Position numbers and translations under genes: made by a program
Assembly: GCF_006345805.1 (NCBI RefSeq)
Contig: NC_043006.1
Coordinates: forward strand, 49,910,001-49,974,000
DNA from: Octopus sinensis
Taxonomy: Eukaryota
DNA length: 64,000 nt
Direction of reading: 5' to 3'
Part shown: piece by piece, positions 23,086 to 38,039 of the stretch
Numbering within the stretch: position 1 is the stretch's first letter
Layout of the letters: every line of letters starts with the position of its first letter
Notes under the pieces: generated by a model
Told to the model about the DNA's origin: nothing
The model's database searches: none
What the model saw: only the letters and a program-made list of their open reading frames with translations

Positions 23086-25311
23086 AAAATCATAAAATAC
23101 ACGTTTTGATTAAATACTCAGCTACTTCAAGGTGCAGGTAAACAGTTGATTGAACAACTGAATAATCGTCGTCCAATTTGGCGGAGACCCATTTAAGCTC
23201 CTTGAATATGTACAAAAATATAATTTTACTTTTTCAAATTTCATTGTAGCTGTACAAAACCGTAAAATGTTCGCTAATTTTGTAAATAAAAGTATTTATT
23301 CAATTAAAATTAGATTAAATAAAATAAAATTAAATTCTCATTAGTATATTTGCATTGAATATGTTATCAATAGCATTAGTACTGTTTAACTATCAATTAA
23401 TTATAGATGTATTATTATTTGATATTACCTTCAGTGGCAAACGAACGTTCCCTACATTAACCATCGTATAACGGAAAGGATGATTTTGTAAATTTACAAT
23501 TATTGCACCCCTGTAATATTATTTGATATTACCCGCAATGGTAAAAGTATATTTGATAGCATTACCCGTGGTACCCGCTAGTTAATCATGCCACTTCGTG
23601 TGCTGACTAAGACGCGAACATTAAGTGTTACATAGTTATACAGAGAAGCTTTTTGTGAGCCAATGAAGCAGCTTCTACGTGGGTACTCGAACCTCTATAC
23701 ACAGCAACCAAATCATCTATGAAGGGACAGCATATCTTCTTGAAAAACGAAGGTCACATTAGACAATGTTGTTAAGGAGTTACATAAAACCGGGATGGTC
23801 ATGGATGGAACAACTTGAATAGGCTTGATCTGAGATACAATAACAACAATACCGTAGCAATCTCTCAGTGAGTTTTAGAAGCTTCATTCGACCTGTTAGA
23901 AACAGCAGCATAATGTCTCTCAGATCTTACGCTGAATTAATTCACGTGCTGTGTGGTATGTTATGTAATTTTCCTCTAACAATTACTATCAAAACCTCAC
24001 TCAAGAATATTTGTTTATACACTGAGTGTCAAATATGTAATCTCAAGGAGAACACGTGTGTTCATATCCTCATCGAAGTCGATGAAACCTAATTAAATCG
24101 AAACTGCGATTCACATTTTCTCTTTATGAATTACATCTCATTCATAAACTTTGTGGTCTGTTACGTAGTTTCCTCTAATGTATGGATAACCGACAAATAG
24201 ACACAATAGATGGATGTATAGATACGTAAACAAAAATGTAGATATACATAAACACATAGACTGAATATTCGAATGTGCACTCAATAGATATATGTATAGA
24301 TACAATACAAGGAAATATAGGCACACAAACGCAAGTGTTGGATATGAAGACACCCACACACAATAGATAAAAGTTTAGATATATGCCCTCGTGGTATAAA
24401 TAGATGTAAAGACATGATGCAATGTGTGCAGTCACATGAACAACATTGATATATAGTTACAATCTACAATCATATCTAAAGATTTAAACTAAGCGACATA
24501 TACAGAATACTTCAGATATATGATTCATTAAGTGCACACTTAATGAATCATTAACCGAAAATTATTTTAATTCAATTAAAATTATAATTGCAATGAGAAA
24601 TTAAGTCATTGGCATTCATGAGAATTGAGACTTCTTCTTAAATAGAGCAAAAGAAAGGACACCTGAATTTCTATAGAACAAAAATCAATGCAGTATGCGG
24701 TGGGACGGAATGTATCAGATTTTTGGTTGCTACGGTGAGAACTTCAGACAAGTTTGTACGTTATTTTTCGTCGACGGCAAAGTGCCGTCAGCATAATACA
24801 ATTAAGATAGAATGATTTCAAGGATACAAAGATTCGGATGTGAAAATAATTCCCTGACAATAAAAAATTACAATAATGTTACTGGAAAATTTCCCATGGT
24901 ATCATCTGCATGAAGAATGTTTAATTAAGTGCAAGCTAATATACTTAATGTGGTGCTCAGCTGAAAATAATTCTTAATCAGTTGTAATTATAACCGTAAT
25001 GAAAAGGAAAGTCATTAGCGTTAATTAAAATAAATCTAAATGGAACAAAGGACATTTAGAAATTTCAGTTGACCAAAGATTAAATGGAAATGTGTAAGCG
25101 GAGCATTTGATTATGGTCATAATTTCAATGGAGACTAAAGCAATATTTTTGTTCACAACGTTATGTTTACTTACACTTGACTATATATTCTTCGTGCGGG
25201 GGGCACCCATAGTAAATTTTCCTGACAAGATACACAAATCCACACGCACACATATATTCAGGCATTGAAGCAAAATCAATACACACATACACACACACAC
25301 ACAATATATAT

Positions 25312-25364
<53 letters not shown>

Positions 25365-25905
25365 ATGGCTGCCCCCTCGTTATCGAGTATGGCCATTGCA
25401 CGAAGCTTAACTGGTGTTGTGATCGAATGTGACTTTTTAGCCCAGCCAAAGATCTACAATGTCTTGTACAGAATTGGCAACTAAAGCATTTAACGGTAAT
25501 AGCCGGCTGTAGTTGTAACTGGGCTTCATGTACCTTTGCATGTCGTTTAAGTCCTCCTGCCGAATTAGACTCTCTTCCACATGCCCGACAGATATGATTA
25601 GTATGGTGTTACACCACCACCAGTGGCCAGGTTGTTACTCATCTGTCTCGCTTTATGACTACGAAGATGACTCTTGAGTCCAGCTTTACTGAGGCAGGAT
25701 CTTGCACATACACTACATGTCAGCATCATAGGAAGACCCTTCCCATCCGGAAGTGCAACAGCGATGTCCTTCCTGACATTCCTCCTTACTTTCTCATGTG
25801 CAACTCGAGATTTCTCAAAAGTGGCTGCCCCCTCATGCACAATCCTTCTCCACCTGCTACGATCGATAGCTATGCCTTCCCATGTGTCAGGCGAGATGCA
25901 AGCAT
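25365..25905 (-). mobile_element. RTE-clade LINE 3' fragment with C2H2 zinc finger
   Basis: DTWEGIAIDRSRWRRIVHEGAATFEKSR...CSVCARSCLSKAGLKSHLRSH; 5'-truncated at a (TA)n tract. Confidence 0.8.
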
Positions 25906-25909
25906 ACAT

Positions 25910-25944
<35 letters not shown>

Positions 25945-26556
25945 TATATATATATTATATATATATTATATATATATATATATATATAAGCTAGTGATTT
26001 CGATCAAGAGATATCTTCCATGAAAGTTAGACATCTAAGCAATTTCAATTCAAATATAATGGATGGTTATAGTAGGGTTGTGTCATTAGACTTTACTGTT
26101 TCTTATAAACGACCGACGAAGTTTTACTAGGAAAGTTTTACTGGGATAAAGATACTACGTATATGCCAGTAAAAACTATGCATATGCCAGTGGATATTGA
26201 TGTTTTATATTGAACCAAAAGAAAAGAGGAAGATTATCCTTGTCCAATATCTTTTTCCATGCAGTTTTCACTATGTTTGTAAAAGGAGAATTCAGAATGT
26301 GGTTAATATTATACAAATTTCGGAAGAAAAAAGTATTCTTATGCAAAATGTGAATGGTCTATAAAAATTTGGAATTCAAATCTGAATTCAGAATCAATAA
26401 TTCAGTAAGCGTCAGCACTTCGTATTTCAGTGACTAAATAATTTACAGTTTATTCCATAGTGTTATCAGATATGCTCCACACATGAATATTGCTTCCTTT
26501 GTTTTCGGATGTAGTATATCAGTATGTTGCAAGTGTAGTTCGATTCCAGGCAGTGA

Positions 26557-27375
<819 letters not shown>

Positions 27376-27537
27376 TGAAGAAGAAGAAGAAGAAGAAGAA
27401 GAAGAAGAAGAAGAAGAAGAAGAAGAAGAAGAAGAAGAAGAAGAAGAAGAAGAAGAAGAAGAAGAAGAAGAAGAAGAAGAAGAAGAAGAACAACAACATC
27501 GAAAAATACTTAGGAATGAGAACTCAGGTTCGAAATT

Positions 27538-27823
27538 TCCCCAAGACACTTGATGAAGGCTGGAGGGTACATCAACCGAAAGGTTGTGTTAACAACAAAT
27601 AAGATGAGGACAAATATCCGTCAAATGTAAATAATGTAAATAATGTACAAATTCCTCATCTCTTAAATATAGAACTGTAATCCCCAAGACACTTGATGAA
27701 GGCTGGAGGGTACATCAACCGAAAGGTTGTGTTAACAACAAATAAGATGAGGACAAATATCCGTCAAATGTAAATAATGTAAATAATGTACAAATTCCTC
27801 ATCTCTTAAATATAGAACTGTAA
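27538..27823 (+). repeat. Perfect 143-bp tandem duplication with a degenerate minimal hammerhead in each unit (PLE-type terminal repeat)
   Basis: Units 27538-27680 and 27681-27823; GACAC-TTGATGA-A-GGCTG...AACC-GAAAG-GTT-GTGTT. Confidence 0.85.
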
Positions 27824-28564
27824 ATGTATGTGGTTTCAAAGTTCCACGTACTTTCGGATTTGATCCTACGGAGCGACACCTTGTTATGTGGCTCTGTCCG
27901 GTCTAACTAGTACATTGTGAGTAATATTTGGCAGGCTGTGTGTATGTACGTATGTATGGACGGATGGATGGATGGACGGATGGATGTGTGTGTAAGTGTA
28001 TGTATGCTAGCATATATGCACGCATGCATGTGAGTGTATGCGTGTGTATATATATTATTTAGTTCCAGGATAAACATTAATAACTACCACAAATCTTTAC
28101 TGTCATAAACATTTAAACTATCTTTGGCTGACACTCGCAATCGGGAGTGATTTGTAGTATGCTGTTCTTTCACTAATTGATATAGGTTCCCATACCGTTG
28201 CAAGAAGGCACAGACATGGCCTTTACTCTGTCAATGTTGATCAAGTAGAACATCAAAGGTTTGACATCTCAATAAAAAGAAAACTATACCAGCACTAAGC
28301 TTGTACGTTATTTATCGACTCAGAAAGGAGAAAAGCAGAGTTGACCTTGACGAAATTTGAACTAAGAAACGGAACAAATATTATAACGCAATTGTATCCG
28401 ATACTCTAATGCCCTTATCAACTGATCATCTTAAGTTTATAGACATATATTGACCATTAATGACTGAAATATTTGATATTGTCCTTTTGATGCAAGCAAC
28501 CTTGATCAAAGATGTTAATCACAGGCCATAAACTATCCATCATATTCTCAAAGATGATGTATAT

Positions 28565-28878
28565 TTTTTTTATTTATGTGCCCTTTTCAAGCCTAGCCAG
28601 GCTCATGGGCCCGGTTTCCCGATTTCTGTGGCGTATGTGTTCCCCCCAGCTGGACGGGACGCCAGTCCATCGCAGCGTTACTCATGAAACAGGAAGAAAA
28701 AGTGAGTGAAAGTTAGGGTGAAAGAGTACAACAGGGGTCGAAACTACTCCTTGCCGGAGCATCGTGGAGCTTTAGCTGTTTTCGCTCAATAAACACACAC
28801 AACGCCCGGTCTGGGAATCGAAACCGCGATCCTCCGACCGCGAGTCCGCTGCCCTAACCACTGGGCCATTGCGCCTCC
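28565..28878 (-). mobile_element. SINE family C, full length (V-domain-like 3' part)
   Basis: 12-bp TSD GATGATGTATAT at 28553-28564 and 28879-28890; contains GCGATGGACTGGCGTCCCGTCCAG. Confidence 0.92.
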
Positions 28879-29157
28879 GATGATGTATATAGGACGACAT
28901 TATGTAATGTGTCCTTTTACAAATGATAAGGCATGGAAATTTGAAGAAAATTTGGCCCATTAATTGGCGTTGCAGCTTTTGATCATAAGCTATACATTAT
29001 TTTATAATCAAATACAGTGCTTCAAGAAACTACGTTATCCGACATAGCGTCCCTTTTAAAACAGTACCAGAGAGCTTTAAAAGAAATTTAGTTACTATTT
29101 CATCTAGATCGAGCTACCATGTAAAAAAATGTCGAATTGGTTTATTTTCGCATCTCC

Positions 29158-29204
<47 letters not shown>

Positions 29205-29716
29205 TCATTTATTTATTTGCTTGGCTTTTTTTATATAGAATTATAATGGAGATTTTATGGCGAACGTGATGAAACTAGTGTTAACCGGAAATCACAGCCT
29301 GCTCACTGACTCGACTTCCAGGAGCTAAACTTTTTAAAGCTGCAGCGCGTGCCACAGAGATATTAATTGAATAAAACTGGTTTTATAGACATCGTAGCTG
29401 AGTGAAGGTGTTAGGAGTTACAGTTCATGATAAATAATCATTTATTTTTCTCAAAGTATACCACCTATATGCATGTATTGATGTGTGTATGAATGTATGT
29501 ATGTATATATGTATATACATGTATATATGTATATATATGTTCATACATATATATAAATACATATGGACATATATATATATGAATATATAAGTATATATAT
29601 GTATATGTATACATATATGCATGTGTGTATATATATATATATATATACATATGTGCGTCTGCTCGAGTGCACACGCAGAAACACGGACACACACACATAC
29701 TTATATATATATATAT

Positions 29717-29798
<82 letters not shown>

Positions 29799-30671
29799 GG
29801 ATGGATGGATTATATACATCTAGACATACTACTGGACCGCGTATACTGGGCTTCCAGCGCACAAAGAAAAGGTACACATACATACCGGCAGGCATACTTA
29901 TATATATGCAGACAGATAGACAGACAAACAGACAGACATGTATGCATGCATGAATGCAAACATACATGCGTACATACATACATACATACATACATACATA
30001 CATACATACATACATACATACATACATACATACATACATGTGTATATTTGAGGGCAGAAACTAGCATATTAATCGCAGGGAGGAGAATACCCAAAGTGAT
30101 TAACGTAAAAATTATCTAGTTTGTTTAGGTATGTTTTATTCTTTCTGCTTTATTTCTTTTACACTTTACTACAAGATTCAGAGGTATTAAGATTCGGCTT
30201 CTAATACTAATTTCAAAATGCATACACACACATTCATAAATACAAATGCATATATGTATATATGTTTGAGTGCTTGTGTGCGCGCCTTTGTGCGTGTATG
30301 TGTGGGTATTTGTGCTTGTCGCACATATATGAAAATTGATTTGATTTCATCAAATTACTCATGAATATTTTATCGATCTGCGAAGAACGAATTACAACAT
30401 CAATATCGTTGGAACTTTCAGGCAACTTTGAAATAGCTGACTCCAACTCTTTTAGGTTACTTTACTCTCAGATTTATATTTGGAAACACACAAAATGCTG
30501 TTATGTAAAATAAAAGCAGGTATCAAGACCGAGCACTACAGAAGGTAATGATATTGTGTATGTGTGTGCGTGTGAGAGAGAGAGAGATGGGTGGAGAGAA
30601 AATAAAATAATAACCAATCTTTCGCTTTTATATATTTGTGCAAATACAACCCAAAGAGGTATGCATACATA

Positions 30672-31955
30672 TTGGGTTGTCCGGAAAGTTCGTGCCGATT
30701 TTTAAAGGAAAGAAAAAGGTCAATAAATACTTGCCATTACATTTTTAATCAATGAAATATGAACCATTTTGTTGCACAATGCGTCTCTATCTTTCCTTTA
30801 ACTTGAAAATACCCTCTTCCCAGAATTGAGGTGGTTTCAGGGCAAAGAATTTATCAAGGTATCTTTTTACGTCATCCAAGCAATTGAAATTTTTACCATT
30901 AAGACTATTCTGCAGAGACCTGAATAAGTGGAAATCCGGGGGAGCAACATCTGGTGAATATGGAGGGTGGGGTAATACATCCCAGCCGAGCTGCAGCAAA
31001 TTCTGTCTGGTTCCCAAAGAAATGTGCAGTTTTGCATTATCATATTGGAAACCAACACCTTTCCTGTTGGTTAATTCTGGACGTTTCTCTTGAATTGCTG
31101 CTTTTAACTCGCCCAGTTGTATGCAGTATTTCTCAGAATTAATTGTCTGGTTACTTGGTAGAAGCTCTCATAGTACAGAATTCCTTTCCAATCCCACTAG
31201 ACACAAAGCAAGACTTTTTTAGGGTGAAGATCCGCTTTTGGGGTGGCTAAGGGTGGCTCATGTCGCTTACTCCAGGATCGCTTTCTCTGAATATTTCGTA
31301 GATAATCCATTTCTCATCACCTGTCACAATTTGCTTTAAAAAAGGCGCGTTTTCATTCCGTTTATAAAGCGAATCACAGATGGAAATGCGATCCAAAAGT
31401 TTCTTCTCACTCAACTCATGTGTTACCCAAACATCGTAGCGATTTGTGTACCCAAGCTTTACCAGGTGCTCATGAACGACGGATTTTGATAGGTTGAGGC
31501 TTTCTGCCAATTCTCGGGTTGTGCAATGTGGGTTATTCTCAATTAATGACTTGATTTGGTCATCATCTGTAGTGGGTGGTCTGCCTGATTGCTCTTTATC
31601 AATAAGGCTACAATCTCCAGCTCGGAACCTTGCGAACCACTTCCGTACAGTTTTTTCGGATAAAGAAACATCACCGTAAACTGCGCATATTTCTTTGGTT
31701 GCTTGTGAAGCATTTTCCTTTTACGGAAAAAGAAAAGCATCAAGTGCCGAAAATGAACTTTCTCATCTTCCATTTTAAAGGGTTACAGAATTAACACAAG
31801 GTATAGGAACATAAACCTTCTTCTACGAAAAGATAGCTTAAACTGTGCTCTAAATGGAAGTGTAGTCAAATCCTATTTTATGGACTCAACCATGTTCTAA
31901 AATAAGTCGAACGGTAAGCTACTATAAATCGGCACGAACTTTCCGGACAACTCAA
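30672..31955 (-). mobile_element. Full-length mariner DNA transposon (DD34D), 1284 bp, transposase disrupted
   Basis: 30-bp TIRs (30672-30701, 31926-31955, one mismatch) and TA TSD on both sides. Transposase remnant 31773-30745 with WVTHEL, IVTGDEKW, YDNAKLH and HPPYSPDVAPPD (34 residues between the last two D); frameshifts and a TGG-to-TAG stop. Confidence 0.97.
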
Positions 31956-32000
31956 TACTTACATAAATGTATGTGTGTGTGTGAAGCATGTATATGTGTT

Positions 32001-32045
<45 letters not shown>

Positions 32046-32051
32046 GCGTGT

Positions 32052-32141
<90 letters not shown>

Positions 32142-33037
32142 GTATATATATATCCATTAATGATACTGGAAAATTTTCATGTATATATGTACTAGTATCT
32201 ATCGTTGGTTCTTCAATATCAGTGCTTCACACCTCTGAAATTCTAGTTGACACTATGAAGATTTCCATCATTTTCGATATAGGAAAAAATGTTTAAAAAT
32301 TCAAAGAAAATGGTGTATACATACATAGAATAATCAATTTATTCTCAGAGTCCAGTCAAAATATGGCTGACTGCTGTCATTCATATTTACACTTTTAAAA
32401 GTGCATTATGAAAGTGAAAAGAGCAAAAGCCTCTTCAGGGCATGATTGACTGATATTTTTCACATTCTAAAGGATGGAGAGTTTATTCCGATTGAATTGT
32501 AGCATGTGCGTCTTGGATACTAAAAATAGCCAAAAGTTGATTTGTACGACCTTACTGGACAATGGATAGGCATAGTTCAGAGGAACTAGGTCATGTTACT
32601 ATTCCACTCCTTTAGTAGTGCCGATTAACTGTTTAAAGCCTGCCACTACTTTTCATCCTATTCAGTATGTCCATAACACATTCCTCTACGTTTTTTTTGC
32701 ACCCATTTGGCGAAAGGGATAAACTATTTAGGCTTACAAGCCTGTCCCTACTTCTAATACTATCCAGCATGTCCACAACATGTTCCTTTACACCTTTATT
32801 ATTGATAAAAATAAATCTAGGTATGTACTTAATTGTTACTTTTATTTATTTATTTTATATCAACACTATTATTTACCTATGTTTTGTAAAATTTATATTA
32901 GTTACTAGTAAATATAATCATTTATTCAAATATATTAATTGATAGTTGGGTCCATACATATATATTCGTCAATTTAATTTATAGTATAGATGCACGATTC
33001 ATGGGTATTATTTACACGGTGTTTATTTTAACCATAT

Positions 33038-33360
33038 CTATTTTAATTTATTGAATATATATTTAACTTTATGAATACAATAGAGTTCTCTTTCCCTCTT
33101 CTTGTTGATTAATTTGTGTTTTGATGTAAGAATCTGGTAAATTTCTTCGACGCAAGATTCACATCTTTTGTTCCCAATATAAGATTTTGCTCGGCTAATT
33201 ATTTCTTACGTAAGTGTATAGGCCTTAATCTACCAAATTAGTTTACTTAGACTGATGCTAGCCTCTTTTTGTCTATTCCTAAAGGTATTTTCATGATTAA
33301 CTATTCTCCTTTTTATATAATTTTCCATTGAACCAACATAGTAGTTAACCTGTCCCTTCG
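33038..33360 (-). pseudogene. PLE GIY-YIG endonuclease fragment (not in ORF track)
   Basis: One frame with two stops: NYYVGSMENYIKRRIVNHENTFRNRQKEASISLSKLIW*IKAYTLT*EIISRAKSYIGNKRCESCVEEIYQILTSKHKLINKKRERELYCIHKVKYIFNKLK*. Confidence 0.8.
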
Positions 33361-33497
33361 TAATGCATTTTAAAAATGTAAATATGAATGACAGCAATCA
33401 GCCGAAATGCAACGTAAGCAATACGAATGAACTTAATAATTTGACTGGACTATGAGAATAAATTGATTTTCTATGTATGTATTCTCCGTTTTCTTTG

Positions 33498-33603
<106 letters not shown>

Positions 33604-34714
33604 GTCTGTGGAAATTACATGGTAACATGACTTAATCAACTCTATATAACAATACTTTGTAGCATAGAATACACGAAATAGAGACTTCAATCACTGCAGT
33701 AAGAAAGAAACAAATGTGAACATCGCCACTACAACCACTACAACCACCACTACGAATAAGAAAGAGATAAATTTTTATTAGAAATTGTAACACCTGTTTT
33801 TTAGTGGTTAAAATTTACGGCTGTTATGTCCAGGTTCACGTTTCGTTGGTCTAGTGCTATGTTTCTCATGGTACAAGATCACTCCCACCCCCAACTGCGT
33901 CGGGGAAAAGGATCTGCGGGCGTTTAAAAAAAGCGAATAAAATACCATGTTTATTTAAAATCAAGGTTATTTTAAGCTTTTAAATATCTTCAACACCTTT
34001 TCAAATAATTCAAACTTGTCTCTGTCTACTCATAAGTAAAGAAGGAGAAAAATTTTCACCAATATTTTTATTACAGAGCCTCAAGGCAGTAACTTGTTCT
34101 AAGATAGATACGTTAATTCAAAGACAATCTTTTGAAAAGTATAATTCTTTACTTAATCAAAAATAAAATAAACTTCCCCATCATCACCAAGGCTTTTCAA
34201 ATTATTTGACAAAACAACGCGCATCAAACATAAAATTAAATCAATGAGAATTCATTTGATATAAGTTTATAAAAGTTTAAACGGTTTCTATATGTATATG
34301 CCTAACATAGAAAGAATGCCTTAAGTAAAGTTTTTTTACTCAGATTCTACTCTTTTCTAATATAGAATTCGTGAAGTCAATGATGTGATATATATTAGAT
34401 TTAAGTGGTTATTTCAAATTTTATGTAGCAGCAATTATACATCTTTATGAATATAAGAAAACACAAATTAAAAATATAATATTAGAAGACATAATCAACT
34501 TGACAAATATAACAAAGAAAATCACAACTTTCCCTATCTGCCAGTCTTTCTCTCCTCTTAATCTCTCTCAAATCTTCTTCCCCTCCCCCATTTACCATTA
34601 TTGCTACCAATATGACCACCACAAATATCTCTAACATCAGTTACGTCTTTTATTCTTAGCTACTTCCCTTATTGTTACTGACGCCTTACACACAGAGACA
34701 TCAAGGTGTTGATA

Positions 34715-35110
34715 TTGGCTTCAAGTTTTGGTACAATCCAACTAATTTCGGGGATGGGGGTAAATCGATTACATCGATCCCAGAGTTGAACTGGTGTTTA
34801 TTTTATCCAACTCCGAAAGGATGAAAGGCAAAGTAGACCCCGGCGGAGTTTGAACTCAGAACATAAAGGCAGATAAAATACCTATTTCTTTACTACCCAC
34901 AAGGGGCTAAACACAGAGAGGACAAACAAGGACAGAAAAACGGATTAAGTCGATCATATCTAGCCCAGTGCGTAACTGGTGCTTATTTGATCGACCCCCG
35001 AAAGGATGAAAGGCAAAGTCGACCTCGGCGGAATTTGAACTCAGGACGTAGCGGCAGACGAAATAACGCTAAGCATTTCACCCCGCGTGCTAACGATTCA
35101 CCCAGCTTCC
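34715..35110 (-). mobile_element. SINE family A, dimeric form
   Basis: Two family A bodies joined by the GTGTTTAGCCCCTTGTGGGTAGTAAAGAAATAGG linker. Confidence 0.85.
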
Positions 35111-35394
35111 CGCATAGGTATTCCATCTTCATCGATTATTTTTTTCCAAATCACAACTGTATGTGCAATAAGGATGTACAAAGCTCTCCGGACTTACTTT
35201 CTTTTAGCTCTGAAGTAATTTCTTTCAGTGCTCCTGTTAAAATCCATAATGAACTTCACTCGTTACACCCGTATTTCTAAATATGTATTTATCACTTCCA
35301 AAAGGTGTCATCGATCCTTTAATTACTGTTTAACTATTTTCACATATAATGAACATTACTAATTACCCCTCGTATTTCTATATTTTTCTTCTAT

Positions 35395-35688
35395 TCTTTT
35401 ACTTGTTTCAGTCATTTCCTTGCAACCAAGCTGGAGCACCGCTTTTTTAGTCGAACAAATCGACCCCAGGACTTATTCTATCGGATTCTTTTGTCGGACC
35501 GCTAATTTACGGGAATATAAATACACCAACATCGGTTGTCAAGTGATGGTGATGGACGTTCAATGCTCGAAATGAAGAGTAGATAGACGGCCGATAACTG
35601 ATGAAGGGTCGTTCTTTGTGTTACTTGTCTTGTTTTCCATTTTTTCTCTCGTTTGTTTTCGTATTTCGTGACGTCCTGTACCCATATA

Positions 35689-35745
<57 letters not shown>

Positions 35746-35749
35746 TATA

Positions 35750-35785
<36 letters not shown>

Positions 35786-35820
35786 GTATATATATATGTA
35801 TATATATATATGTATAGTAT

Positions 35821-35908
<88 letters not shown>

Positions 35909-36496
35909 GAAATAAGAAAATGGACAAACAATTTAGTTGGTTTATCAGCCTTAGGATATTAGAATATCCTAAAGCTGATAAACCAACTAAATTGTTTCTC
36001 CATTTTCTTATTTGTATTATAAAATAATGGTAAAATATTTCTTTACCTTCATCCATGTAATACAATAAGTAAGTTAATTGCATTGCAATTAAAAACACTT
36101 GTGTATTAATAATTTGGGTATTATACCAACAGTATATTAGATAAGTATTATCCCTTAGTAGGTTGGACCCACAACCCCTAACTTACTTGGTGGTATGTAT
36201 ATATATATAGAATAAAACTTTATATATAAAGAACGTGAAATACACGAATTGACGAACACGGAAAACAGAGAGTCATCCAGAGCCTTCATTCTTCAGTCAG
36301 AAACCGTTTCATCATGGCAAATTTCGGCTGTTTAATTCTGAGATTTGCTCCAAAATGGCCAGTCCCAAGGAAAAGCTAAGCTATGGGCATTAGATTTCCT
36401 TGGTAGAAGGAAAGACTGTGACAACAGAAACGAATAGGAAAACAAGAGACGAAGATAAATTGGAAACAGTAACGAAAAAACAGGAATGACAAGGGG

Positions 36497-36544
<48 letters not shown>

Positions 36545-36745
36545 TATAATATATATTATATATATATATATATATAATATATATATACATATATAATGGG
36601 CTTCTTTCAGTTTCCGTCTACCAAGTCCTCTCGCAAGGCTTTGATCGGCCGAGCGAGGCTATAGTAGAAGACACTTACCGCTGCCACGCGGTGGGACTGA
36701 ACCCGGAACCATGTAGTTGGGAAGCAAGCTTCTTCCCCTGCGCCT
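35395..36745 (-). mobile_element. SINE family B split by about 1 kb of inserted sequence
   Basis: 3' half at 35395-35555 and 5' half at 36596-36745, collinear with intact copies. Confidence 0.7.
35910..36013. repeat. Near-perfect palindrome, 51-bp arms, 2-nt loop, 2 mismatches
   Basis: Paired base by base: 35910-35960 with 35963-36013. Confidence 0.93.
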
Positions 36746-37432
36746 ATGAATACTTATAACTTTAAAGTGTTGTTAACAGAGTGGAATGTAACTGACTGGC
36801 AAGAATATAAATTCGAAACAAGCTCGTTGTTTTCACGCATTTTCTTTAAAGACGAATCCTTTCTGTCTGTCATTATCTATGTCATTAGAAAAGTTCGATC
36901 AACTTCTGGCAGTTATTTATAGATTATATACACCCCTTAGAGGAAACTTTTGACTGCTAATAGCATGGATAATCTCTATTTATCGAGGTAGTTTCTGTTT
37001 TTTTTTTTTTTAGAGGGGTAGAGAAAAAATTAAATATATGACATACGTAAAATATTACTGGATTTGTTATTATTATTAAAATCGTGCTAAAGAGTTAAAT
37101 TACGATAAGTATTAAGACGTCAATTTTGCTGTTCTGATGAAAGCTTGATTATTTCCGGAGTTCAGAATATATATTCTAATGCAATAATCTAACTGTCACA
37201 CATCTCTAATGGAATTGGAATAGTGTACAAGCATCCCACAGAGTTTCAATCTCACAGCGTAGGAAGCAGTCTTGTATTAACACACAACACTGAGACACAG
37301 CACTAACATAAACAAGAATACAGAGTACACAACAGCAGACGCTCACACTAAAAAACATAGGTGTGCAAAGGATAGACAGATATATAAGCAGACAGACAAA
37401 CAGACAAACAAACAGACAGTTAGACAGACAGT

Positions 37433-37597
<165 letters not shown>

Positions 37598-37610
37598 GAA
37601 GGCAGGCAGG

Positions 37611-37727
<117 letters not shown>

Positions 37728-38039
37728 TGGTTGATAGATATGTAGGCTTCTACAAGGAAAAAGTTGAGAGTAATTTTGAAGTTCTGCCTTTTGTTGTCTT
37801 CGATCATTCAATTACTCTTTAAATGCTTACATATGTAACTATATATTAAAATAAATATGAATATGTATGTGTGTGTGTGTGTACATGTAATCCCTCACTC
37901 ACATACAAACCCGCACGCAAGCACACACACACACACACACTCATACAGTAGTTCCATGGTTTCCTAACAACTAATTTCTTTATTTGCCTGTAGGGGCACA
38001 CATACACAGGACAAACACAAGACATGTGGGGACAGATAA

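Noticed and set aside
23545-23585. Possible Helitron 3' end (GCATTACCCGTGGTACCCGCTAGT)
   Set aside because: CTAG is present, but the subterminal hairpin does not pair convincingly and no 5' end was found.
32640-32790. Diverged ~90-bp repeat with an open minus-strand frame (VDMLDSIRS / MDILNRMKS)
   Set aside because: Short, with no recognisable domain; cannot be assigned.
36270-36320. Minus-strand CTGAAGA in a PLE-like fragment
   Set aside because: No downstream GAAAC or stem III.
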